Below are positions 1 through 12,417 of a DNA stretch of 64,000 bases, one piece after another. Numbering within the stretch: the first letter of the stretch is position 1; each line of letters opens with the position of its first letter. Under the pieces are notes generated by a model, which was not told where the DNA came from, ran no database searches, and was given only the letters and a program-made list of their open reading frames with translations. The DNA is taken from NCBI GenBank assembly GCA_030704615.1, contig CM060733.1, positions 17,980,001-18,044,000 of the forward strand. The letters run 5' to 3'. Both the position numbers and the translations under genes were made by a program. This stretch comes from Takakia lepidozioides. Its lineage: Eukaryota > Plantae > Bryophyta.

Positions 1-337
1 GAGAGGGTAAGCGGGCCGATAAAAGTAGGTGGTTGTCTGAATCCGTCTGAATCCGTCATGTGCGGAAAACAAACAAAAGTTGAGGTGGCTCGTGACCAAA
101 CTATCTCCACGTTGTCAGGGCCACTTTGGACTATTCGCCTGTCTCTGACCTCATATCTCAAGAGAGGATATCCACCGGATGCATGCCTCTCTCACTCTGC
201 CATCGCGAGGCTGCATGCTACAGTTCAGGTAACGAACGAGGTTTTGATTACTGCTACCCATTCTCTTGGTGGGTTGGACGGCTACAAGCACCCACCACGG
301 GGGCTCGTCTTCGCTACACCATTCAAGCCAAATGTGT

Positions 338-1327
338 GGACATATGAAGACGCGAACAAAGTGGCCCGTGGCCGATGGTGGCTAGTGATGAGTGAATTTT
401 GTGTCTTTGATGCATCCATAACCAGAGACGACAACAAGCGGCACTAAAAGCCTTAAAAATGCTGTGAGCATACTATAAATTCCCAAGATGAAGGGATGGT
501 GGGTGGGTTAGAATGATGGTAAGGATCAGAGCAAACGTTTTGCAATAGGTTGTTCACCTGCGCACACGATTCACGTGCTTTCTTGTTCTGTTGTTATCAG
601 GAATGTTGCTGGTCCCACAAAATTTCCCATTTTTGTCATTTCGACCAGCATACCACCAAGTTGTTACTACAGAGGTAGTCACGCAAGATGGCAGACTCAC
701 AAAGAAATGCACATAAGCTTTGTATGTGTGGAACTAAGAAGCTCACAGGCGAGGTGAAGTGTAGCTGCTGGCCATCGTCCTCTGTAAAAGGGGTCACTCG
801 AGCTCATGATGGCATATGCTTCAACTTTCTTCTCCCACAATGAAGAAAGTGGAAGATCCTTTGCAAATCAAAATACCATCAAGTTTTCAGTTCTTTTTAT
901 ATGTACTACTTCTGTCTTGACGAAAGCAGATTTGGTCTTATACCTTATAATGTGGCAGTATCTCATCCTGCTGGAATCGCAGCAGATGTGAGTAAAGTTG
1001 ACACTCTGGGCCATATGTCACAACCCCTTGCCACCCTTGCAGAAACTAATGTATACCACTACTCTCCCAGACTCCCTTTCCAGAACAATAGGTGTCTGGC
1101 AGGCCTTGCAAAGCGTATGTTGACCATTCGGACTTGAAATCACACAAGTCACACTATAACCCAATAAATAAGAATGAGCGAATCTTTGCAATCTGTGGGG
1201 ATGCCTCTTATCATTCGCTGGTCCAGTTTCCAGATGAGACATATCAGTGTTCATATTTTCAACAAGCTACAAGTCTCGCTCCACAGTGGACAAGAAAACT
1301 AGCTGTCTATCTTTGCCATATAGTGTT
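338..1327 (+). repeat. Dispersed ~1 kb direct duplication of 51957-52926 (region between the DQD/SDH 3' end and the OMT promoter)
   Basis: Colinear similarity with indels from GGACATATGAAGACGCGAACAAAGTGG to CTATCTTTGCCATATAGTGTT in both copies. Confidence 0.9.
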
Positions 1328-2785
1328 GCAGTCTACCTGTGGATAAGTGATAGAGTTATTTCTCTACATTTGTTAGGATTTTTGTACTCTCTAAGATTTT
1401 CCAAAGGAAATGTGTTACGAAAAGTGTACTCTCTCTTGTTTGTTTGGTCCTGCCCTCAGGCAGAGACAACGCAATGGTTTCTCCCCGTTTGTCAAGGGAC
1501 CAGTTTTTCATGGTCCAACATTGTTGGATGCATGTTTTGGGTGGAATACATCGATTTTGAAATTTATTTGCTGCTTTAAGATTATGTTAGAGTTTGCTGC
1601 TTCTCATGTCGAGTGACATGTGGGTAGCAAAAACAGAATTAGTCTGCGCATTCTTTGCATGAAAATAAAGTATGGAACAGTGATGGGGACGGATTAAAGG
1701 CTATAGACTCAAGCAATGTGGGTTAGATTGATCCGAAACCAACAGGACTGGAAGACTAATAACACCCTTATTTGGAACATGAACCATACTCTGAGATGAT
1801 GAAGGGCAGGGCTCGCATGTAAGTAGTAAGTACCATGGTTTGTTAAAATGCCCTTTGGCCACCGGCCGCCCTGCTAATGTCCGCTAAAAATAGGTCTGCT
1901 AGGATTTAGCTAATGAGGAGCCGCACCAACAGTTAGCGGTGATATATTTTGCCCAAAGTGCCAGTGAAGATGCTCAAACTGCCCGCCCAAAATGAATTCA
2001 GAGCCGCCCCAAAAGAAGGCGAGGTTGTGGAATTGGACTGAGCCACATGCAAGATGATGCAATGATCGAAAAGGTGAGTGTTTGAATTTGAACCTGATGC
2101 TAAAAGATCCAAGCATAGGTAGAAATCAACTGCCATAATCAACCTGCCATCCAGTTAAGGGATAAACTTGTAAACTTGTAGACCACAACTCCACTTTCAT
2201 TTTGTACTTTATTCATGGTCGCATCAGACATGGCCTGCAGATCCCTTTGTTCTCACTGCTAGTGCCATCCGGTTCTATATCAGACTTGGCCAGCAATAGG
2301 TACTCATTTTCCTGTTAATATTTAACGTTCGGAATATGAATGTCGCAGGCTGTTTGCCCAAATGTGGCTCTCATTGGGGTGGTGGTGAAACCAAGAGGGC
2401 AGCCAGGATTATCACCCTAAAGGAGAAAATCAGAATTAGACTAACTTTGACTTTGCTCCGGAAATTGCAAGACTGGGGGGACCCTTATACAGAATTGCAA
2501 TCACAAATGGAGAAAATCCAACATGTTAAAACTTTTGAATCAACTTATGAATTGCCAGTCAAAATTTGAACATATGAACTTGCAGCCAAGTAGAAAAACT
2601 CTTTGTAAGTCACAATTTAATCATCAAGAAACCAAATGGATTTCTATGGCTTCATTCCTGAAGACTGCTGGAATCTGTTATCTACAGTTTCATGCTAAAA
2701 TACACTCATGATGATAAACACATAAGGCCCTCTCTCCTGCCATACATTTGCACTACTAGTGCAAGCAACAGCAGTCTCTCAGTAA

Positions 2786-2810
2786 GTTCTCTCTCCCTCC
2801 CTCCCTCCCT

Positions 2811-2858
<48 letters not shown>

Positions 2859-2860
2859 CT
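2786..2860. repeat. (CCCT)n/(CT)n microsatellite
   Basis: Read directly from the sequence. Confidence 0.95.
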
Positions 2861-3014
2861 GACAGCTTATTGTCTCCCCGATGAAGAAGCCAGGCTTCTG
2901 CAGACTTGTCAGTTAAGTAGCACTTCTAAGAATTAACCCTACCCATCTCCTCACACGATCCATGGTGTTGAGGTAACACCAATTCCGCAAACCCATTCCC
3001 TTGTGGCCCTCTCC

Positions 3015-3347
3015 TCACCTTGCCTGAAGGAGTGAACTGTGTGTGATTGAGTTGTACTGATTGGTAAGGGAAGTCTTGAGGTTGCTGTAGAGCCCAAAGA
3101 GTGAATACTGCCCAAGATTACTAATTTGGTACCATGAATTGAGCACTTGGTAACGACGGTCAGTGCCAGACCATGTGAGTTGAATGCTAAGACTGCAGTC
3201 CACTTTGCCTCCAGTATCTTTGCAGGTTCCACTTTGGATAGCACACTCCCCATCCATGCAAACAAAAGAGGAGTTCCCTTTGCATGACTGGCAGCCATCA
3301 TTCTTCCAGAGTAGATTCTGGAGTCTGCCTTGGTCAAGATTTAGTAC
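3015..3347 (-). pseudogene. Expp1-like secreted protein, copy A, exon 3 (inverted relative to its exons 1-2)
   Basis: Acceptor tttag| then VLNLDQGRLQNLLWKNDGCQSCKGNSSFVCMDGECAIQSGTCKDTGGKVDCSLSIQLTWSGTDRRYQVLNSWYQISNLGQYSLFGLYSNLKTSLTNQY. This resembles the C-terminus of the plant At3g44150/At3g11800-like family (recalled). Confidence 0.8.
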
Positions 3348-4236
3348 CTAAATTCATGGACTTCATTAGTATTTTGCGTGAAATTATGGTCGCTCAATTA
3401 ACTCCGAGGTTTTGTCAAAAACAAGCTGACAGTATCTTTCCTGCAATGTCATCTCTTGTTATTTCAGTGTTCAGCCACCCTTCCCATCAAAGAAATTAGT
3501 CACTTGTGCAGCTTCCATTGGGGATGTAACTTCCATTTGGCTGAACTGAAGAACATACATGGTTTCTCACCATAGGCGCATCATGTTGGGAGCCTGTATC
3601 AAATGAGGAGCCAACGATTGACATACGACCTCCTAAGCGCTTGCGGCACATTCATGATACACGATACATACATGATACAAATGTTCCAAATGTGCCTTCT
3701 CTCCTTGTGTATGCCAGTGGAAGTGCTGTCACCCAGAATCCTCATCTTTTGATCAGGTTTCTCTGGTGACTCTGTTAGGTTCTTTGCCGCTGTTTGCATC
3801 TGTTGCGAGTTCTTGAAGCGACAGCTGACTTATGATACGACGTAGGATCATACATAGCCATATTTTCAAACAAAGGGAGGGAGTTTATTAGAGTGATTTG
3901 AGTCGTAGACTTCATCTGTTGGGAAAGGGCTGTAGGTTGTTGCTAAAGGTATTGGAAGGAGACAAGTCTTTATCAGAGGTGGCATTGTTTGCCTTGTTGC
4001 TCCGTTTCTTCTGGGAGAGGAGGGGGAACCATTGGAGTGTGAAAGAAGTTCTCGGGTCGCCAGTTCTCGATTCTTGTCGAAGCGGGCATTCGTCGTTTAT
4101 GGTCATTCTAAGGGAGGCATTGAAAGTAGAGTTTGCTTCCACGAAATAGAAACGGAAACAAAGACAGCGATCGAGGCAGGTGATAAAGCGGATAAGGGGA
4201 CACTCAGAGGAAGGGACGGAGAGGTAGAGGGAAGAA

Positions 4237-5206
4237 ATGGCAGCGATGTGGTTTAGCTCGCGGTTTTGGGCAAGCAGAGTTGTGCTGGTGGTGATGGTGA
4301 TGAGTGTCGGAGCAAGGGCAGATACCAATACGGCATCCAACAGACCCTGTGACGACACCACAGTCCTAAAGAATGACGGATTCACATTTGCATTGGCTTT
4401 TGCTAGCAATGCTTCCTTCTTCTTCAAACAACACCCATTTGTCTCCATGCGATAAGCGGCTAAACAACTTGAATTCTGGTCGTATTTCGGTGTTTCGGCC
4501 GAACGTCGATGAGATCACTCTGCTTACTGTCAACTACACTGAATTTAATCCTGTAAGTTTTCCATCTTTGGTGGTCGGACTGCGCTTGACTGGCAGAGAA
4601 AAAGATGGTGTCAAATGAAGACTACTGTGCTTCTGCCTACCGCATAACTTCTACTGTATCAGTGCCATCTTCACATTTTTATGAAGCTTTGGCCTTGGCA
4701 GCAGGCCATCTCTTTGTCCTTGCTTTCTCTGCTGCAATTAAACCTTACACGAATGTAGCTGTGATATGATTTTAGTTTGAGTAATCCTGAAGTCTGCCGA
4801 TCCTATTCTGCATTCACAATTGAAGGATGGCGAGTGAAAGAACCAGAGGGCTGCAAAGAATCAAGGTCTTTGGAAGTCTGGCACTTAGCTGCATTCGTCA
4901 TTGCTGACTCCAGTGCTTGCTGGCCTGCAACCTGCTGGGTCATGTTTGAAGTCCAGGTTCAGGCGCTGACTTTTACTGATGTGGATGTACATTATTGAGG
5001 TTTCCCTCATGCTATGGTACTCTATTTGCATATGTCCGTCTTATCTTGCTATTTGTTGATGGCAGGGTGGCCGCATGCTCTGATGTCTCCAGGAATACAT
5101 TCCAAATGGAGCATATATTACAGCCTTTGCAGGGAGCACGTTTGCAGCTGCATCTCGGCCTCAGTTCTTAGCTAATACCAGCTATCGCATCACCAGTCTC
5201 TCACTG
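4237..5206 (+). pseudogene. Expp1-like secreted protein, copy A, exons 1-2
   Basis: Exon 1 4237-4552 has a signal-peptide-like start, then PCDDTTVLKNDGFTF and LSPCDKRL..FRPNVDEITLL, with a +1 frameshift near 4426 and donor gtaag at 4553. Exon 2 5093-5206 reads EYIPNGAYITAFAGSTFAAASRPQFLANTSYRITSLSL with ag/gt borders. Confidence 0.8.
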
Positions 5207-8200
5207 GTACACTCTGTCTCTTGTCACTGGGAATGTTGGATGGAGTGTAAGCTTATAATCAATCATAAAATTCTCTTACTTTCAGGCACATGGCACACAC
5301 ACCAGACATTTTGCCAAACCCTGACTCTTTCTATTTCGACTGTGACCGGGTGGTTCTCACAGACCAATCCGATATTATCTGACTACAGACACAAGCAGCG
5401 CACTTGCAAGAGGTCCTTTCAGGTTGAATCCTCCATGTGTCATGACGTCATGACACAAAAATCAATCAAAGGACAATGGTAGCTTTCAAAGGAGTTTTTT
5501 TGAAAATTGCTTACGAACTGTAAGTTAGCTCATTGGTTGGATCTATGGTGGTTTTGAGTGATTTTGTGGCGGCGGGAAAGTATCCTAAAACATATGACAG
5601 AGATGAGGAGAAGCTTAGTCTGGAATGCATGTTTGATTAAGAGAGAAGCAGAGCAACCCAGCTTTCGGTGGCGAGGTTCAAAAATCTAAGAGTGCACTTC
5701 ATTGTAAGTACCAATGTTCCTCTCAACCTCCCTAAGCTTCTGATTGTTCATGAAGTAGGGCTTGGATGCAGAGGACCTCGACTGAATGAGGTTGGGTGTG
5801 GTGCTTCAGATGGGTGGGTGCAAGGAGTTGACAGCCACATGCTCCAGCAGCACTTGCGCTGGACAATTATTCCCCACCAGCTCTGCCATTCCCGGTTGCC
5901 TGTATGGTGCCAATCTCTTCGACAACCTGACTGGCACAGGAATAGACAGGTACTTCTGAGGCATAAAGTCCACAACCCAGGAGGAATTCTAGACTTGTAG
6001 GGACTTGGACGAGAGTAAGGGGGAGTTTGTTGGGCTGTGGAGCTCTTCGCTGCCAAGAATGTCGTGCCGCTACACCACTATACTCTTGACTGCTTTCCTC
6101 TTACATCCATGGGTTGTGTAAGGAATATATTAAGTGGCAGCACGCATCTTTTCAAGTGACTAAAGAGTGTATTTTCTCTTCAGTACGCCACACTTATAGG
6201 AAGCGTCTCACTAGAATCAAAAAGTTGAAGTGGGACAGGAGAGTCTCGGTACCTCCATGATGAGCAAGGCTGGAACGACTGACTTGGTTTTCATGGCAAA
6301 TGATGTGGCAGTTTTGGCAATTTGAATGATGTATAGCTTGGAACCCACATGGCCGCCATGTTGATGGGGATGGCCCTAAAGGTTTACCTTCTCTCCTTCC
6401 TATTTGTCTCTAATTTATGTTCCACTTTGGGTTTTGCATTACAATGCTTACCAGGGTGGGAAGAAAATAAAGGTGCGAAGAGGTGCTCTGTTAACAATTC
6501 AACTGTTGCTTTCAAGAAAGGTTGGTGGTGCGCTAAATGACTGGCGTGGATCTTGGACTGATAGCATTACAGATACTGATCATGGTATCTTTCTCTCTGA
6601 TGATTCCTATTTTCTTTGTTTTTGTGCTTCACAAGATAGCTTTGTGTTTACTCTTACTTGTTTTCAAGCTGGTGTGAGGATGTTGTCACCAGGACCTTGT
6701 CAAATGTGTCCCCTGGTAGGAAAGCTTGCAAAGTAGAAATTACTTCAGATGTTGTAGAAATACTGAGCAGAGTCTCTGCAGGGCTGGTGCTATTTGATAG
6801 CCCTTATGGCACCATGGGAAGCACTGGTAGCTACAGCTTTGAGTTTGCGAGGCGACTTTGCACGTCTGATCGATTTCAGGAGGTGTGCATGTCGAGACAT
6901 TCATATTGACGATACCATTTCAAAGTTCTCCCGTCCACATTTTGCTTGATACCGGGATATTGTGGGTAAAGTAGCAGGGTGGTCTTATATATGTTTAAAT
7001 CTCATCTTCTGTTGGCAATTGTGGTTCAAAAGTCCACAGATAGGTTGGTCATGGGTCATAGCAGGGTCCATGGGGGCATGAAATCTCACCTTTTTGACAT
7101 GCCCATGCAGGATGCTCAGTTCAGATTTTTCCGGGAGCAGTTAGTAGTGAGCGAGGTGTTTCAAGGGCAACTGCAGGTGCCATTGGTGCATTCTCCCGTC
7201 TTTTGTCGTTGGCAGTTGTATCCGTGTCTTGGATACTTGTAGATTTTTTCCTATATCAGTCATGGCAGTAGATGCAAAGCCAAAACAGGGCAGCAGAAGG
7301 AAAAGAAGGGCCTAGCATAGAGAGACTATAATTGTTACCAAGAGAGGCAGAGACAAAAGATGGGTGGAAGAGTTAGGTTTTAAGTCATACTTCCATGTTT
7401 GCTCTGGCTGCTGTGGAAGACTTCGACTCCATGATCAGCATAGTTCTTCAGTTGGATCTTAGGTGGCTATGCCCCCAAGGAGAACTCTACTTTTCATTAT
7501 ATGTTAGAGCTGTGATTTTAGTTAAACTGCAGCCATGAGTGTCCTCCTGACTGGGTTAGGGGTAAAACCTTTTGGGAGACAGATTTAATGGCATAAATGG
7601 GAGACCTACCAGCAGAGCACAGCTCTTTGTATCATGTACACCAGGTTTTACTGGCAGGGATGAAGCATCCCAATGTGTGATGAAATCTTGTGTCAGATTT
7701 GCAAACAGATCCATAACAATCCAAGCAGGCAGGTCATTTACTGCATGAACATCAGTTCAATATGAGCCACCATTTTTTGACATAACAATTTCTTACATGT
7801 TCTCCCAGATTTGCCAAGTGAAAATTAAAAACCAACCCTCTCACTACTAGTTCCTACAGCTCTGTCTGTTGGTGTTCTCTTGGGCCTTCCGAGGGCATTA
7901 TAAATCCCAAACGTTACAAGGTGGAATGACTCATGCAGTTACAAAGAAGACAGGAAAGAAGGAAAACTTAAGTTGCTCTCTGGTTTTTGTGGTTCCACTG
8001 TGTTGCTCTATTTGTGCATCTTGGGTCCTTTGGGCCTCCTGCAAATGTTAATAAGTCTGTTTCTTTCTTCCACTCTGAGGAAATCTTCCACTATGAGGAT
8101 AAGAGATGCTTGGCAGCTCACGTGCACGAGGCCTTGACCCTTAGACAATCCCTTGAGCAGTAGTTGCTTTGGGCTGTTTTGTTTCCTCTTGTTTTCTCCA

Positions 8201-8220
8201 TTTTGTCCCATGAGCTTTTT

Positions 8221-8267
8221 GAGCTTTCCCCGGACGTTATAAAGTACCATTTCATTTCATTTCATTT
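8221..8267 (+). mobile_element. 3' terminus of a LINE with (TTTCA)n tail; possibly the end of an old degraded LINE extending upstream
   Basis: GAGCTTTCCCCGGACGTTATAAAGTACCATTTCATTTCATTTCATTT matches the terminus of the LINE fragment at 56277-56505. Confidence 0.6.
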
Positions 8268-11200
8268 CTTTTCTTTCTCTTCTGTGTTCTATTTCTAGTT
8301 CTAACCCCTCTTTTTCTCTATAGAGCGCTTAATCACCCCCCCTTGAGTAGCTTTCAAACTTAGGGTGATATGTTGCTTATGTTGGGTTTAGAATGTCAAT
8401 GTGAACGGACCCTCTATGCATCATGGCCTCGAGGTTCCCATGGACATTTGACATATGTTTATCTAACGAACTTGGTCCAGGTGCTCATCCCTGTGCAGTC
8501 ACAAGTCATAAATGTGGTCTTTGACAAGCTTATGCCATCTGAAGTGACCTTCAAAAGTTTGTCATAACTCCTCCTGACTCTAATTTTCCAAGGCTACATG
8601 GATTTATCTAGTGAGTATTGCGGGTGATGGGGTACGGACGGGGACTGTGTCAGCTGTCAAAGGGGAGGGCAAGCTATGTTACTTTGCTGTGGTATGTTTG
8701 CACCTTCGTGTGTGTTTCGACCGTATGTAGAGACCCATCTGGAACAGGTTCTCTTTCTCAACCTGAGTTCAAGAGTTCTGTTGGTTTTATAAGGTTCAGT
8801 AGTTTGAAGGTAGTAGTCCCCACCCCAGCAAATTGCTCCTATATGTTCCTTTAGTGTTCTGAAAATGGATAGGGAAGAAATTGTCTTTCCAGAATAACAA
8901 CAGGAGTGGCATCTTTGCCTGTGGGTGTAGCAAATCATTTATATCAACTACTGATTGGAGGGTTGTCATGGAACTAACTTGTGAGTGGTAAGTAGCAGGG
9001 AAAAAGTAATCACTCAAAAGAGCAGCCCTTGTTTGACTTAAGTTGATGTTAGCTGTAGGCTCTTCATTATTCGCACCCCTACAACAGTCATCAGTATGTT
9101 GTCGAATTTCACAGCCAACACCTGCGAAAATGCATCACACCAGCTAAAAGAACAAATTATCCTGTGGTGTCCCAAAAACTCTTTGAGCTTCCCTTGGCTG
9201 GTATGGAGTCTCTCCTTCTGCCCAGGAGTCCTGGAACTGGGAGGCATACAGTCTGGGACTTGATGCGGCTTATGACTTTGTGCTTCCTAAGAGGTCCAGA
9301 ACCCATGGTTAAGTCTGGTGTATCGGTGGCAGGTAGTGAGTCGAGAGCTTAGAGGGACTAGAGCCAAAATGTGATAGCTATGCTCAATCACCAGGTCCAT
9401 GGAAATCCAGATGCAGCTTCATTTTCTTTGTTGCATATGCGGAAGCTGGCACAGACTGGTCCCCGTTGGCTGCTTCCCTTGTCTGAGGAAGTCAATGCTA
9501 TTGAGGTGTCCAAATTTTCCTCTCCATCTCTGTCAAATCTGTCTGTACATGGGCCTCTTCATCTCTTACGTACATTACCTGGAGTGAAATCTATGTCTAC
9601 ATTTGGAACTTTCTCTGGGTTGAACAGGCAATTTGCATTCCTAGTAGATGTGAATGGAAAAGGATCATGAAGGAAGTCGCTGCCAACTGATACTTCTGGA
9701 TCAGGCTACCTCTCTATTTGTTCGAGATAGAACCAGAAGCCAAATAGAAAAGGGGATGCTGCTCACCTATCTTGACACAGGGAGATAATTAGAATTAATA
9801 AGGGACACAGGCAGCTACATTTTGTACTGAAGCAGTTGACCCTCAGAGTATAGATACGAAAATCATATGTGTTTAACCACCTGACAGGGAAACGGTGTGC
9901 CAGGTTGCAATGAACAGCAATATTCAAGCCACAAATATAAGCCACTCGTTGTTAAAACCAAGAGCTTCATAGGCGGTTTACTATTCCATAAGACATGGGG
10001 GGCCAAGAATCCATTGAGGTCCTTAGACCTTAATCATGCTTTGGGTTAAAAGAAAGAGGGGACAAGACAGGAACACTTGCAATTCAAACTCTCTTCTTCA
10101 AGACCACATAGACAAGGCCATCCAAGCACGAAGATGAAACCCGAGCTTATAACTATGGCAACCACAACCCCAGTGCGATGGGACATTGTGGCTAGGCACG
10201 TCGCACCATTTTGTGAATATGTCAGGCACAACCCCGGGTTCTCAATGAGCGAGCTTGGAGATGAATTTAGTGGATCCAAATGGAGACCAGGCATGTTGAG
10301 GCATGAGAAGATGCCTGGTCTCCGTTTTAGAAAAGTTGTTGAGGCATGTTCCAAATGTGCCTTCTCTCCTTGTGTATGCCAGTTGGAAGTGCTGTCACCT
10401 CATCTTTTGATCAGGTTTCTCTGGCGACCCTGTTAGGTTCTTTGCCGCTGTTTGCATCTGTTGCGAGTTCTTGAAGCAGCTGACTTATGATCCGACGTAG
10501 GATCATACATAGCCATATTTTCAAACAAAGGGAGGGAGTTTATTAGAGTGATTTGAGTCGTAGACTTCATCTGTTGGGAAGGGGCTGTAGGTTGTTGCTA
10601 AAGGTATTGGAAGGAGACAAGTCTTTATCAGAGGTGGCATTGTTTGCCTTGTTGCTCCGTTTCTTCTGGGAGAGGAGGGGGAACCATTGGAGTGTGAAAG
10701 AAGTTCTCGGGTTTGCGATACGGTCGCCAGTTCTCGATTCTTGTCGAAGCGGGCATTCGTCGTTTATGGTCATTCTAAGGGAGGCATTGAAAGTAGAGTT
10801 TGCTTCCACGAAATAGAAACGGCAACAAAGACAGCAATCGAGGCAGGTGATAAAGCGGAGAAGGGGACACTCAGAGGAAGGGACGGAGAGGTAGAGGGAA
10901 GAAATGGCAGCGATGTGGTTTAGCTCGCGGTTTTGGGCAAGCAGATTTGTGCTGGTGGTGATGGTGATGAGTGTCGGAGCAAGGGCAGATACCAATACGG
11001 CATCCAACAGACCCTGTGTCGACACCACAGTCCTAAAGAATGACGGATTCACATTTGCATTGGCTTTTGCTAGCAATGCTTCCTTCTTCTTCAAAAACAC
11101 CCAGTTGTCTCCATGCGATAAGCGGCTAAACAACTTGAATTCTGGTCTTATTTCGGTGTTTCGGCCGAACGTCGATGAGATAACTCTGCTTAGTGATACA

Positions 11201-12417
11201 CTGAATTTAATCCTCTAAGTTTTCCGTCTTTGGTGGTGGGACTGCGCTTGACTGGCAAGAAAAAGATGGTGTCAAATGAAGACTGTAGTGCTTCTGCCTA
11301 CCGCATGGCTTTTACTGTATCAGTGCCATCTTGATTTTTATGAAGCTTTGGCATTGGCAGCAGGCCATCTCTTTGTCCTTGCTTTCTCTGCTGCAATAAA
11401 ATTGACCATAGCCTTACACGAATGTAGCTGTGATTGATTTTAGTTGGAGTAATCCTGAAGTCTGCCAATCCTATTCTGCATTCACAATTGAAGGATGGCG
11501 AGTGACAGAACCAGAGGGCTGCCAAGAATCAAGATCTTTGGAAGTCTGTCACTTAGCTGCATTCGTCATTGCTGACTCCAGATGCTTGCTTTGCCTGCAA
11601 CCAGCTGGGTCATGTTTGAAGTCCAGGTTCAGGCGCTGACTTTTACTGATGTGGATGTACATTATTGAGGTTTCCCTCATGGTATGGTACTCTATTTGCA
11701 TATGTCTCTCCCTGTCGTCTAGGAAGCCTATTGCCATTGGGTGGACAGATACGGGAGTACATTAATGTCTCTGAATGCCGGCCTTGTGACCTCGTGTCCT
11801 TGTTTGTTTCGACCTGAAGCGCTTTGCTCCAGGTAAGGTAGTGCATTGGATTTAGTTGGAGAGCTTGGGGCCTTTCCCTCTTTAGAATATGCCTACACGG
11901 GCCATTCCCTGCAACTCCCTGGAGTGTGATCTCTGAATGGTAACAAGCGGACCCCTACCGCTTGGGGGCAGCCCCTCCGCCCAAATTGGGCATCGTATGC
12001 TCTGTATAGCATACTCGGCACCTGGGCTCGGGTTGGTTCCTGTGCTTAAACTTATAGCCTGCGAGATCAATCAAAATTTTAGCTCCTATCAACATCAACA
12101 CTCCCCAGGGTGATTCCTGGGAATTGGTTACTTATGCCAAATCTAGGGCTTCATGTGTAGTTTTTGGGGTGAATCCCAGATGTGTCCTTTAAAACTACAT
12201 GCTCTAGCTTAGGCTTGGATTTCATGGCTAATGGTTCCATCTCGCGACTTGATAACAGGGGTTCGTTGAAGGTTGCAATGACCAAAAGTGCTTCTAATAG
12301 AGTTCCACATCAATTCAATCTCAAAGAAGTTCGTCCCTTGACTGGCTGGAGAGCGGTCTTAGACATTGGTGATTCAATGGGGCGCTCTAGGAAGACAACC
12401 AAGGGGAGGACTTCAAC

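Noticed and set aside
3912-4448. 178-aa minus-strand ORF and its 188-aa twin at 10567-11133
   Set aside because: Antisense shadows of Expp1-like exon 1. Their similarity reflects DNA duplication, and no protein motif is recognisable.
5500-8200. Protein-coding gene among the short ORFs
   Set aside because: No consistent frame or splice structure. At most this is a heavily decayed LINE ending at the tail near 8267.
11707-11830. HDV-like ribozyme at the LINE 5' end
   Set aside because: Only a partial GAC-CTCGT-GTC element is present. A credible P1/P2 pseudoknot could not be built.
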